In this document: positions 12,302 to 24,234 of the stretch, piece after piece
Position numbering within the stretch: the first letter of the stretch is position 1
Layout: each line of letters opens with the position of its first letter
Source of the DNA: Phaeosaccion multiseriatum
Taxonomy: Eukaryota > Protista > Ochrophyta, other classes
Length of the DNA stretch: 64,000 bases
Reading direction: 5' to 3'
Assembly: GCA_965112735.1 (NCBI GenBank)
Contig: OZ218952.1
Coordinates: forward strand, 2,356,001 to 2,420,000
Program-made: the position numbers and the translations under genes
Notes under the pieces: model-generated
What the model saw: the letters and a program-made list of their open reading frames with translations, nothing else
Told to the model about the DNA's origin: nothing
The model's database searches: none

Positions 12302-15300
12302 ATGGAGGACGCGCCGAAAGGTGGCTCCGATGAGGACCGAGGAGAAGGACGAGAGGAAGTTGCGGCTGGGGCACCAACAGCAGCAGCAGCAGCAGCACCA
12401 CCACCAGCAGCACCAGCAGGAGCACCAGCAGCAGCACCAGCAGCAGCACCAGCAGCAGCACCAGCAGCGGCAGCAGACGGGGTGGAAGGGAGCTCTTCAA
12501 AGGGGGGGGCGGACGAAGCTGTCCGTCTCCCGGCGCTGAGTGCTATCCTCCAGTCTCTGCCCTTTGCTCCAGGGGAGGCCCCGGTGCAGCACACTGGAGG
12601 CGGCCAAACGGCGCCCCACCAACCCCCTCCTCTGCTTGGCTCACTGAGGGCCAAGTCCTCCTGGAGAAGATGGAGAGAGCCATTTGGAGCGGGTGAGGGA
12701 GAACAGACAGCGGCGGATTTCCACCGCCACAGCAGCAGCGAGATGCCACAGCAGGAGCAGCAGCACAGGGAGAGCAGAACAGGAGGAGGGGGAGGAGAAG
12801 GAGGAGGAGGAGGAGGAGGAGGAGGAGGAGGAGGAGGAGGAGGAGAAGGAGGAGGAGGAGGAGAAGGAGGAGGAGGAGAAGGAGGAGGAGGAGGAGGAGG
12901 AGGAGGAGGAGGATTAGGAGGACGAGGTGGAGGAGACGGTCACAAAAACGGCGGCAGCCACAACGGTGATGGCGGCGGCGGCGGTGCTTGGAGAGCATAC
13001 GACGATAGCAGCGTCTGCACTTCTCCTGCTGGTGGTGGTGGCGCCCGTCAACCGCCCGCACCACGAGTTTTGTCCTCGTATCTGGAAAGGGCCCCCCATG
13101 AGTTGGCTATGGCGGGAGAAGGAGAGCCTGGGAGTGGTCCACGCACCCGTTACGCCTCCCCCGACCTGCCTCGTCCCGGCTCTTCATCACAGGGTGCTCT
13201 TGCTGGAGACCTCTCCCTCTCCGTTGTCGGTAGTCAGCAGGGGCACCACCACCAGCGGATGCGGCAGCAGCAGCACTACCAGCACCACCAGCAGTACCTC
13301 CACCACCCGCAGCATCATCATCTGGTCCCGCAGCACCAGCAGCATCCCCACCCCAGCCACCACCACTCACAGCACCTTGCGCACTTTCTGCCGGGGCCGC
13401 CCCCCCAGCAGCACGACTACTTTCAGTACAGCAGTCCGCCAGCGTATCTGCCGCACGGGGCTCCTCGGAGTGAGCTGCAGCAGGAGGGGGGTTTTCCCAT
13501 GCATGCCCGGCAGCAGCACCACCAGCTGCAGCCGCCGCAGCCGCGCCTGTACCACCGCCACCCCACGCAGCAACGGCAGCACTTCTACCCCGGGCCAGAG
13601 CCGCCACCGCCGCCTTCCAGCGCTGCGCGAGGCACTTGTTCTCCTAGCCCGGGCTCTCTGAGCGTCGAGCAGAGTAAGAGCGACAGCAGGAACGTAGCAG
13701 CACCGCCACTAGGCGAGCCAGCGACGGTAGCGTCTGGTCGCGAGGGCGAGAGGGAACGGTATGAGGGCGGACGACGCGGCCTGCTGGAGGGGGGCCCGGA
13801 AGAGCGAGACCGGGTGCTGCTTGCCAGCAGGTCGTCGTCTTGGGACGTGTCGAGGACAGCAGCATGGGCAGGTGGTAGTGGTGGTGGTCGTGGTGGTGGT
13901 GGTGGTGGTGGTGGTGGTGGAGGTGGTGGTGGTGGTGGTGGTGGTGGTGGTGGTGGTGGTGGTAGTATTGGTGGTGGTCTTGGATCGCCAGCTGGGGTGG
14001 CGTCGCCGGGCAGTAGTGGTGAGGGGCCGCTGTCGGATCAAGATGGCGACGGGACAGGCGGTGCAGGTGAGCAAAGGTGGTGCAGGTGTGTGCGTGTACG
14101 TGCACCGAAAGTACTCTCGACTCGCGCCTTCCTTCGCTTGGGCCCCTCTGCTCTGTAGGAGGGAGCAATGCACTCTTCCCTCTACGTCACCCTCCCCACA
14201 CGCCGTCTATCCCATCTCCTGTGGTTGCCATCTGTCAGATCGGAGTGTACACCCACCCCCCCTTCTTGGGGCGGCCCCCCTCGGGGCACCCCCACCGCCG
14301 GGCGGAGAGCTGGACCCAGCGCTGTGGAAGGTGGTACTACGGCTTGACATGTGTTTGGAAGACGATTGCGTGTACCGCGACCCGGAGACAAAGGTCAGCT
14401 ATAGGAGGCACTACCACGCCTTGTGCTCGCACACACATGGCGAGGGCGTCAAGAAGGGCATGCGGTAAGTCATTGAGTCATTGCGTGAGTGGATGTGGAT
14501 GCGGGCGGGCGGGCGGGCGTGAGTGGGTGAGGCCCGGCAGGCCCTCGGAGTCGATTTGTGTGCTCCTCTCCGTGCTCAGCTTCCCCCCAAGCCCTCACGA
14601 GCCGTGTGCTCTGTCTGTTCCTGCTGATCCTCACGGTTCTGTTTGCAGATACCACCACTACCAGATGGAGAAGGTTAAGAAGCACCAGCGGAGCCATCAG
14701 TCGCCGGAGAAGGGCAGCAAGAAACGTCACCAGAGCCTTCAGCTGCAGCAGCAGCAGCAGCAGCAGCACTTCCTACAACCGCAGACGCAACAGCACCACC
14801 CCCAGCTATACCATCTCCATCCTGACTCGCAGCTGCGCCAGCACCCGCCACCCGAGTACCGCCCCCTTTCTGCCGTGCACCAGGGGGGTATGGAGCACTT
14901 CGGGTACCTGCCCGCCCCCGCCCGGGGAGGGGTCTATACAATAGCAGACGTGGGAGGAGGGGGGGCGATGTTCGCACCCGCAGCTTCAGCAAGGCCGTTG
15001 CACGAAGGAGGACTCATCCTCGGCCCGCCGGTGGGTCTCGGTGCCGGTCCCGGTCACGCCGGTCACAGCGTCGCTGTCGATGCTCATGCCGGCGATGGGC
15101 GGTCCTCGCCGCTCATGTTGCCACGTGGCTCCTTGAAGCAGAGAGGGGGGGTGATGGGAGGAGCATCCCCCGAGGGGGGGGGCAGCGGGGGGACGGGAGG
15201 AGGAGGAGGAGGGCAGCACAGCGTCAACATCAAACCCAGAAGGTGTGTGGGCGGGTGTGAGCGAGCGTCGGGAGTGGCGGTAGGGGACGGAGGGTAGGAA

Positions 15301-16670
15301 GAGGGGTTTAGCTGTCTGTGCTTGTTTGTCACCCCTCTCAGCAACAACAACAACAACAGCAGCAGCAGCAGCAGCAGCAATGTGGTGGCGAAGAAGGCCA
15401 GAGAGCAAAAGAACGGTGGGCCTCCTCGCCTCCGCTTCGCGCTGTCCTTGCTGGGATGGACCCCTACGCCCTCTTTCTCTTCCTTTGATGTTGCTCGATA
15501 TCCTGCCTCGCTCTGTCTTATCCTCCCTCCCACCCTCTGTGCTCGACCATGTGGCTGTGACGCGCATCTTGCTTGTTGTACGCATTGAAACTGAAACTGT
15601 TGCGGCAAAGGTCGGGCATTGGGTCATGGCTGAGGGACGAAGATGAGCGCCTGAAGCGCCTGGTGAGCACTTATGGCAGTCGATGGACGCTAGTGGCAGA
15701 GCACATGCCAGGGAGAGTGGGCAAGCAGGTGAGTGAATCCGACTGCAGGGGTGGGGTGGGGTGAGTGAGACTCAGCAGGGGCGAGTTGGGTGGTGCTACT
15801 GGGCAGAGAGGGGGGCTGTGGGCTGTGCGAGGAGCGCCGCAGCCAGGCGCAGAAAGAACTCTCTCGCCACTCACGCCAGAGACCCTTTGTTGGCCCCTCT
15901 GCACCCATCCACCCACCTACCTCCCCTGTGTGTCTGTACGTGATGCGTATATGTATACAGTGTCGAGAGCGCTACTTGAACCACCTCGATCCCGCTCTGA
16001 AGCACGAGGCGTGGACTGGCGAGGAAGAGGCCACGCTTGTGCAGCTGCAAGCCCAATTCCCAAATCAGGTGAGAGAGACCGTCCGACCGACCGAAGGCAA
16101 GGTCAAGTCAGCAGAGTGGCAGTGGCAGTCTTCGGGCCACCAAGCCCCCACCCCCCCCCCCCTCAACTCTCCCTTTTCTCCGCTGCGCCTCGGAACGTTG
16201 ACTTAACTTTCCTCACTCACCTCATACTTTCAGTGTCTTCGGTGATTCCAATCAAGTCAATACAGCTCTCCCCACGCCTCCCTCCTCCCTCTTTCTGCTC
16301 TCATCTGAAACACATATGGATAGTGGGCGGAGATTGCACGGCGCATCCCAGGACGCAGTGACAACTCCATCAAGAACCGATGGAATCTCATCCAGCGCCG
16401 CAGTCGACAAAGCCCCGGCCTCTCCTCCTTCTCCTCCTCCTCCTCCTCCTCCTCCCCGCCCAGCAGGGGGGGGGGCTCGGGCTCAACGCGGAAAGGCCAC
16501 TCCTCTGCTGCGGCTGCGGGCAAAGGAGCGGGTTCCAGTCCTGACACCGAGGGGGGCGGGGGGGCTGGGGTGGCGAAGGAATCTCTGAGCGGGGCACAGG
16601 CTCTCGGGCGTGAAGCCGCAGTGAACGCGCACAGGAAGCGGCAGAGGCAGGAGCAGCCCGCGCAACAAGA

Positions 16671-16717
<47 letters not shown>

Positions 16718-17133
16718 GAGAGGCGAAGCGCAGTGGCGAGCAAGGACGGTACGAGTCATCCTGAACCTCACCCCTGCCCTCCCATGCCCCTCCTACTTGT
16801 CCCTGGCCTGTTACTCACGCTCCGCATTTGCTCTGCGTCGCCCGCTCCCTTTCTCTTTTACGGGACAGAGGTGCCGAAGGCGGGAGTCAGGAAGGGGTGT
16901 CTACGGAGGAGAAGGAGGAGGTTGCAGCACCACCACCCGCAGCAGCAACGGTAGCAGCAGCAGGAGGGGGGGGAGGACCAGGAGGGGGGGGAGGAGCGGC
17001 AGCCGGAGACGGTGGAGCGGCTGAAGGAGTTGGCAGTACAGCCGAAGGGTCACAAGTGGCAGCAGCGGACCCGGGAGGCGCAAATCTCCGAAAGGAGACA
17101 GACGGGGTGGAAAGGAAAAGACAGAGGAAGTGA
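12302..17133 (+). CDS. Two-repeat (R2R3-type) Myb transcription factor with a long low-complexity N-terminus and a Cys/His finger-like segment
   Basis: Spliced exons give GSWLRDEDERLKRLVSTYGSRWTLVAEHMPGRVGKQ|CRERYLNHLDP...WTGEEE...FPNQ|WAEIARRIPGRSDNSIKNRWN. The upstream exons join in frame through GT-AG sites. Confidence 0.85.
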
Positions 17134-17881
17134 GAGTGCTGGAAAAGAAGTTGTCAACGGAGCGTTACGCTTTCTCGCGAGGGACAAATCCCTATGCGGG
17201 CAAGGGCCACGGCGCTGACAACAAGTAAGAGAGTTTCAAGGAAGCACCAAGGGGGGAGAGGGGGGAGGAAGACTCAGAAGAAGGAAGTGTATGAATTATC
17301 ATGTTCTTTGGGGGGGGTGATGATAAGACGTTTAAACGCGCCGCACAAGAGGGGGCTCTGCGGCTCTGGTGTGCAGGGAGGGGAGGCAGGGGGTTAGAGG
17401 AGCGATGGATGGGGGGGGAGGGAGGGAGGGAGAGAGGGAGGAGGGGAGGGAGGAGGGGAGGAAAGTCGTGCTCGTCTATGCGCAAAAGCAATTGAATTGC
17501 ATTGCCGCATGTATGACAAGACCAATTTTGGAGCACGCCACTTCACCAGTGAGTTTGGGACACTCACTGTCAGACACAAGTTTAAGTTTCGGTTCCAGTT
17601 TTCAGTGGACCTTATGAACCACTAATGTTAGCTCGATCCAGAGACCAGCACAGGAGGGCAGTTTTTGCAGGGCAATGTCTTTTGTTATAGGTTGAAAGAA
17701 AAGGGGGTTAAGAAAACGAGTCCCTCCCAGACTTTTGGCTCTGAAGCGCAGCAGCAGAGCTGCCAGCAGCCAACAGCAGCGACGCCCACAACACAACGGC
17801 ACCAGTCGCAGCAGCTATACCCTGCCCCCCTCCCAACCCCAGCGTCAGCTCTCCGTCTCCTTCTTCCCGTCCTTCACACGC

Positions 17882-20219
17882 TCATCGCTTGGTCCATTGT
17901 GTCAGCTTTCGAGCCTTCTTCCGCCCGGCCTTCTTCCTCTCCACCACCCTCGCGTCTCGGGTGAGCAGCTTCTCTGCCTTCAGCGCCTGCCGGAGCCAAG
18001 GGTCGAAGTTCTCGAGGGCCCGCGCCACTCCCAGCCGCACTGCGCCCGCCTGTCCACTCATTCCACCGCCACGCACTTTCACGCTGTTGTGGCGGACCGC
18101 ACAGTGAAGGACCCAGACGCACCGCACCGGAGAAGAGAACACAAAAGAAGAGAGGGGGTAACAAACGAGGGCACACAAACAACAACAAAGGATGCAAGAC
18201 GTGAGCTACTACACAGGGCGAGCTTGTGCCCAGGGGGTGTGTGTGGGGGGGGTGGGGGGTTTCGGTGACAGAAAGCACCAGAAAAGGCCCCATTTCGGGC
18301 TCTCTCTGCAGAAGAGCCCGACCCAACACACTGCACATGTCTCCCTTCTTAGCCTTTTTACGTCGGTAATCAATCAATCTGTCGGTCTTGCTGCACAACT
18401 TACTTGACATCGAAGAGGCTGAGCTTGTTCGTCACCATGAGGGGCTTGATTACGTCATCTTGGTGCCAGTCCCTGGCAGAGAGGGCATGAAGTGAGATGT
18501 GAAAGGAAGAGATACGAGACCAAGAGGGAGAGCAAGAGAAAGAGGCGTAGAGATGGAGGGAGGGAGAGAGAGAGAGAGAGAGAGTCAGGAAGCTCACGGG
18601 GGCCGAGAGAGCGTGACAGTTACAAGGGACACACATCAGGTAAGTTTGATTGAAAAGGAGTAGTCCGGTGGACAGTAAGAGTAGACATACGAGTAGCATG
18701 CCCCAGAGTAACACGAGAGCGAAGGTGCCTCGAGCTAGGGAGGACGCACACATTCGAGACTCCTCTCAAGTGTGCTTTGGAGAGACGCATCGCACGCACG
18801 CACGCACGCACGCAAGCACGCACGCACACAGAAGTACACATACAGACCACGACTTGAGGGCCAAAAGATGAGGACAAAAGAGACAAGTACGTGTGGGGGG
18901 GGGGGGGGGGGGGGGCAAAACAGCCTCATTGACTCGGAAGCGTTTCTACGCACACGCACTCACGCGTAAAAGTACTTGAACATCTCCCGGTTGTTGACGG
19001 TGAAGTCTCCCTTGCCGGGACGCAACCACACAGCGGCGCGAGATGTCTTTCGCCGCCCGATGCCCATTGCCCTTTAGTGTTGAGGGAGGGGAGGTGGACG
19101 GACGGTGCATCATTATCAGATGAATGCACGCATCGCCAAAGGGGGTCGGGGTGATGAGGGTTGAGGTTCAATCCCATTGGGGCCGATCAAAGGGAGACGA
19201 CAGTGACCGGCTGGGGCCGCAAGTCATTCCAAAGCGACGAAATTCAGAATGCACATGCCCCCAGCCAGGGCGAGATTCGAGCGAAATTCACTCACCATCC
19301 ATTCCTTCCAATCTTCCTATCCTTGGAGGGCGTCCACTCCCCCAGGCCCCTGCCTTGCTCCTTGAGGAGGTCCTCCTCGTCGTGCTCGGCGTCCAGGATG
19401 AGGCGCAGCAGGTCTAGCTCCTCCTCGCCGGCGAACTTTTCCTTCAGCTGCTCTTCGGGGGAGCGGAGCTGAGGGCCAAAGGTGCAAAAGGTTTGGTGGT
19501 GGAGGGGCGATTCGATTTCGATGAGGGCACAATGTGAAGGCGTGAATAGCGTGCATCAGGAGAGGGGGGGGGGCTTTGAGCTTCGAATAGAGACCCGCCC
19601 TTCAACCCGCCCTCTCTGTCTACCTCTCCAGACAACACGACGGGTCAGAAAGCCATGAACGCACGTGGATGCCCTTCGTGCAACCCCCTCCCTTGGTCAT
19701 TTGCTACAGGACCACCCTCACCTTCTTCGGCGGCAGTCCCATTGCCTGTCGCAACGCTTCGTCACCTTGGAAGCCGTCGTCGTTGCCCTTGCCCCATTTC
19801 TCCCCGAGCTCCGCAGCCATGCTCTCATACGTGTTCCAGTCTGGTTTTCGTTCTGCTCTTTCCTCATTGTCATCATCGTCGCTGCTGCTACTGCTGCTGC
19901 TGCTATCACTGCTGCTGCTGCCGCTGCCGCTCCCGCTCTCACCACCATCACCCGAACTGCCGCTGCTATCACTCCATCTTCTAAAGCTTCCACTACTGGC
20001 GCTTGACCCCCACCCCCTCCCTCGCCTTCCTTGTCCTCGCTCGCTCCCTGATGTCGAAGATAAGGCTCGGATGCATGCTCGCGGCTGCTGCACACAGCTG
20101 CTGCTGCGGCTGCTGCCACCACTCCTACCTTTGAGCATCTGAGACGCCCGACTCCCCCGCAGTACGCTCCTTCCCCACGCCCCCCCTGTGCCCACCCTGC
20201 TCGCAAAAGAGGACGCCAT
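17882..20219 (-). CDS. MRPS9: Mitochondrial ribosomal protein uS9m, 5 exons
   Basis: [38 protein letters not shown] and C-terminal [29 protein letters not shown]-rich N-terminal presequence. Confidence 0.93.
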
Positions 20220-20728
20220 TACGTTATTGTTGTGGCACCCTGAAGGATGTAGACTCCTCCTTACGTAAACATTATTATGGGGGGGGGCTGGGGGCCAAAT
20301 TTATATTTATATTTATTTCAACTTGCGGCGAAATTCCCTTCCCCCTTCTCTTCCCCCCCTACGTCTCCTGCCAGCAGGGGTAGGCGAGAGGCGAGCCGCC
20401 TGGGACAGGCCTCGCCGTAAAGCAGACTTCAGCAGCAGAAGCCCCTTCCTCGCCGCAGCTTCGAAGGCGCCCTCGCTGCGGAAGAAATGTGCTGCTCGAT
20501 GCGCCTCCACACGGTAATAGTAAGAGTCCAGACCTTCGCCGGAGTGCGCCCCTGGCCCCAGTCAGTAACACAGTTGGCAACACCACAGCACCACAGAGCA
20601 GAGCAGAGCAGAGCAGAGCAGCGGTGGTGCGTGTCTGTCATGGCCCTTCCTTCCTTCCTTCCTTATCCGAGCCAGTTTTTCATTGTTCCCTTCATAGAGC
20701 TGGGCTGAGAAGAAGCTCCACAGAGCGC

Positions 20729-21842
20729 TCACTTGGCAGGTTGTTGTTGTTGTTGTGGTTGTTTCGCAGTGATGGCCTTTCCTCCAAAGCCCCTCCCTCC
20801 AAGCTTGATATCTGCCCTCGACCACTGAGCGGATTGGGACGCGTCTTTCCCAAACTTGTACACTGCCCCCCGACCGATCAGATCCTCGGGATCTGAGGCG
20901 GCAAAGGCGGATGTTTCAAACACAAAGAATAGAGAGGGAGTAAACATACTTGTACCATCGTTTCGCGTACGGACGAGTGGGGCAGGGAGAGAGATGACCA
21001 CGCAGGCAGTGAAGGATGGAGTAGTTCTGCTGAAAAGTACAAAAGTACCACGGTATTAATGATCCTACAAGCCCAACCAAGTCAAGCCACGTACGATAAG
21101 CCACGCCTACAATCCTCCCCTTTGGGTATTCGAATCAAGCGCTTCCATCTGCTTGTCCCCTGCACGCACACCATCCTCCTGGCTGGACGAAGACTTTCTC
21201 TCTTTCTCCTGGAACTTAGCTCACCTCTGGTACTTGCAATCCCGTCCGTATCAAGCCTCGCCGACACGACCAGGTCTGCCGCTTCCCAGTCCTTTGGCGC
21301 TGCAGCCCCCTCTGGTGTGAGCTGGTCCTGGGTGAGAGAGAAATCGAAGGGGAAGGTGGGTGCTGCGAACCGTGCCGCCGCAAAGGCTGGGGCCTTGAAT
21401 TTGCCCGAGTTGGAGGGTCTTGCTGTTATGTACAGTGCAGCATCGGGAGAGGATGAAGCTGTGATGCCATTGTCTACCACCACCCGCCCCTGGAACACCA
21501 CGCCAGCGGGCAGGGAAGCACTGCTACTGCTGGTGCTGGTGCTGGAGGCTGCGACACTAAGGGGGCTCTCAACAGCCAGGGCCGGGAGAGGCGGGGCTCC
21601 TTTTTCGCGTGTGCGTAAACGGGTGGCGTGTTTGTGTCAACAAGAGGGACAAGAGGCGTGAAGGGTCAGAGCAGATTGGGAGGGTCAAGAGCGTGTCCTT
21701 CAGCCCTCGTCGCTCACCTCCAGGGAGCGTAATGGGTAGGAAGAGCACCTGCGAAGAAAGAAGAGAAAAAACGACAAGCTTCTTCACAGCGTCTACTGCT
21801 CCTGCTTCGCCCCAGCACCTCCCCTTTGCTCCAAAATCACCA

Positions 21843-21874
<32 letters not shown>

Positions 21875-22110
21875 ACTGCTTCTGCTGCTGCTCGGAGCAA
21901 GACCTCCGCTCGTGCAACCAGGCTGCTGCACAATCATCAATTGCAGGTGAGGGATGGTATTCTTAGCTACACCCTTAAGCCCTTAGTGCGATGTATGGTG
22001 GATCACCAACTGCCCTACCACCTCTATACCGCACAAAGACCAAAGAGAAAAAGAGAATACAAGAAAAGCAACCAACCAACGACCAGAGCTGCAGCAAGAT
22101 GGCCTGACAT
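20729..22110 (-). CDS. Putative plastid/thylakoid-lumen protein with a CcmI/CycH C-terminal Ig-like domain, 4 exons
   Basis: Signal peptide MSGHLAAALVVGWLLFLYSLFLFGLCA, S-rich transit segment, then a hydrophobic stretch ending A-L-A. Mature part ALYITARP...AAARF...FPFDFSLT...LVVSARLDTDGIASTR|DPEDLIG. All splice phases are consistent. Confidence 0.6.
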
Positions 22111-22186
22111 GGGGTCCCGAGTCACTCCCTCTCGGAGTTAAGCCTGCAGGGAGATTTGATTGCCGCCACCACCACCAGAAGGGAAA

Positions 22187-24016
22187 ATGAAAATGCTGCG
22201 CCGCCTGATTGAGCGCCTGACAGACAAGTCGGCAATGAGTGGATACCCACGAGCACAGGAGATCGCAGACGTGTGGCATGGCCTTCTTCTCACGAGCTTC
22301 TACCGAGAGAATGTGGCGGCGAAGCGAGTGGGAGGGGAAGCGGCAGCTGTGGATGCCGACGCCTTGATCGCGAGATGCGAAGGCGAGGAGAGGTGAGCGA
22401 AAGAGCCAATCTGGGGGTCATGAGGCTCCGATTAGAAGCAGGCTCTTGCTGCTGAATGTCTTGTCTCAGGTTAAAGAGTCCCCCCACACCTCACCCCGCT
22501 TAATAGTTTCACTAACGTGGTCCTCGTGGTCCTCGCCGTGGTACCCCCTTTGACTTTGCTTGTGCTGCAGGACTTCGCAAAAAGCCATCGTTAACGGAAA
22601 TATCAATCGCCAACTCGTGGGCTATTTCGACCTGATCCGGAGAGAAGCAGCGGAGGATAATGAGGGCTCGACTGCTTCCGGATTGCAGGTGCCCGCGTAT
22701 AAAAGGGTGGCCATGCAGAGGGAGGATCCACGGCAGGCGGCTGCAACGTTCTCTATTACCAGCGCGGGAAACACAAGCACGGATGCCAAGGAGAAGGAGG
22801 AGGAGGACCCTTGGTACGAGGAAGACTCAGAGACGAACTCACCCGAAAAGTATCGGGAGCTCCAGGCCCGAAGAAGAGCGGCCCAGAGAGAGCGAGACGC
22901 GGCCTCCAACGCCCTCATTAGAAAGGCGATGATGCGAGAGATTGGCTACTGTCTTCACACAAGACCAAGCGGCATCGACGGGGCGGGGTTGGGGCTCTTT
23001 GTGGAGGGCGTTGCACCGGCAGGGGCGGTGGTTGGCGTGTTTCCGGGCTATGTGCATCTTACAGAGTTTATTGTGGATGAGGTGAGGGAGTTGCAGGGAG
23101 GCTCACGAAAGGGGGGGGGATGAGGGGGAGCTCTGCTTTGAGAAGGGGGTTGTACTCGGCATGACGAGGAGAGATTCCGTCGCTCTGTCCTGACGCGTTG
23201 TACAATGTGCCATGCAAAACTCTCACCACCCACCCTGCAGGAGTACTGCAAGAGTTTGTTTCCAGACCCAAACCTCTTCGTCTTCACCCGGATAGACAAC
23301 ACTATGATTGACTGCCGCACAGCCGACCAGTTACCGCAGTCTCCCTTGGCCCTAGCGCATATGGCGAACCACGGCAAGCCCAACGTCCTTCAGGTGCGTG
23401 TGTGTTCTCATTATGGTGGATAGGGGGGATTCTTTAGTGTGTGTGGACTGGTGCTGGCTCTGGGGAAAGAATCCTCGGGGGTTGGAGCACGGCAGCAGCG
23501 GGGCACCTGTCGCCTGCCACTTGACCTCTTGACCCATTTCTTTTCTGGCTTGCTTCTGCTTCGCTGCTACGGCTCGTTGCAATCCATCTCGCATGGGCAT
23601 GCAAACGAGAGCAGCTTTCCTACAGCTACCCGAGAGCCACATGCGACTTGCACGAAGAGAAGGACGACGCCTTTCCGCAAGAGCTCCGCGACTTGGTACC
23701 CAACGTGTATGCTCGCAAGCCTACCCTTCTCGGCGGCCACTTCGACCGCAGCATGTTCTGCGACACCGCCGTACTCGTGGCCACCCGCAAGCTACAGGAT
23801 GAGGAGGTGTTTGTAGACTATCGCCTCAACCCGACCTTGGAGTCGATGCTGCCCCCCTGGTATGAGCATGTCAACGAAGAGGAAGACTTGAGGAGGTGGG
23901 AGGAGAAGGAGAAGCAGACGGAGAGCCAGGAAGAGGAGGAGGAGGAGAAGGAGGAGAAGAAGCAGCAGATGGACGGCAAGAACGACAAAGGCGCTCCTCC
24001 CTCAAGTAGGGAGTGA
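22187..24016 (+). CDS. SETD9 (C5orf35)-like SET domain protein, 4 exons
   Basis: [15 protein letters not shown]...[40 protein letters not shown]...[14 protein letters not shown]. Confidence 0.75.
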
Positions 24017-24234
24017 ACAACGTGGTGACGCAGCAAGAGGCGCCCCGAGACGCTTTCAGTGCGGTTCTTGTTGTACAGCGTTTCTTTGATAGTCGAGACA
24101 AAAGAAGTCACACGAAAAGCGGGGCTCAAGGTGGAGCCTTGGGTAGAGAGGGAGCCTGAGAGGCTGACTTGCTCTGCTTACTGATCCCTTAGATACCGCC
24201 CCCACTAGTCTAGTCAAGCCTTTTTCACCCACGT

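Noticed and set aside
15341-15414. Possible poly-N/S mini-exon in a Myb intron
   Set aside because: Its donor phase is incompatible with the next exon, whereas skipping it keeps the frame.
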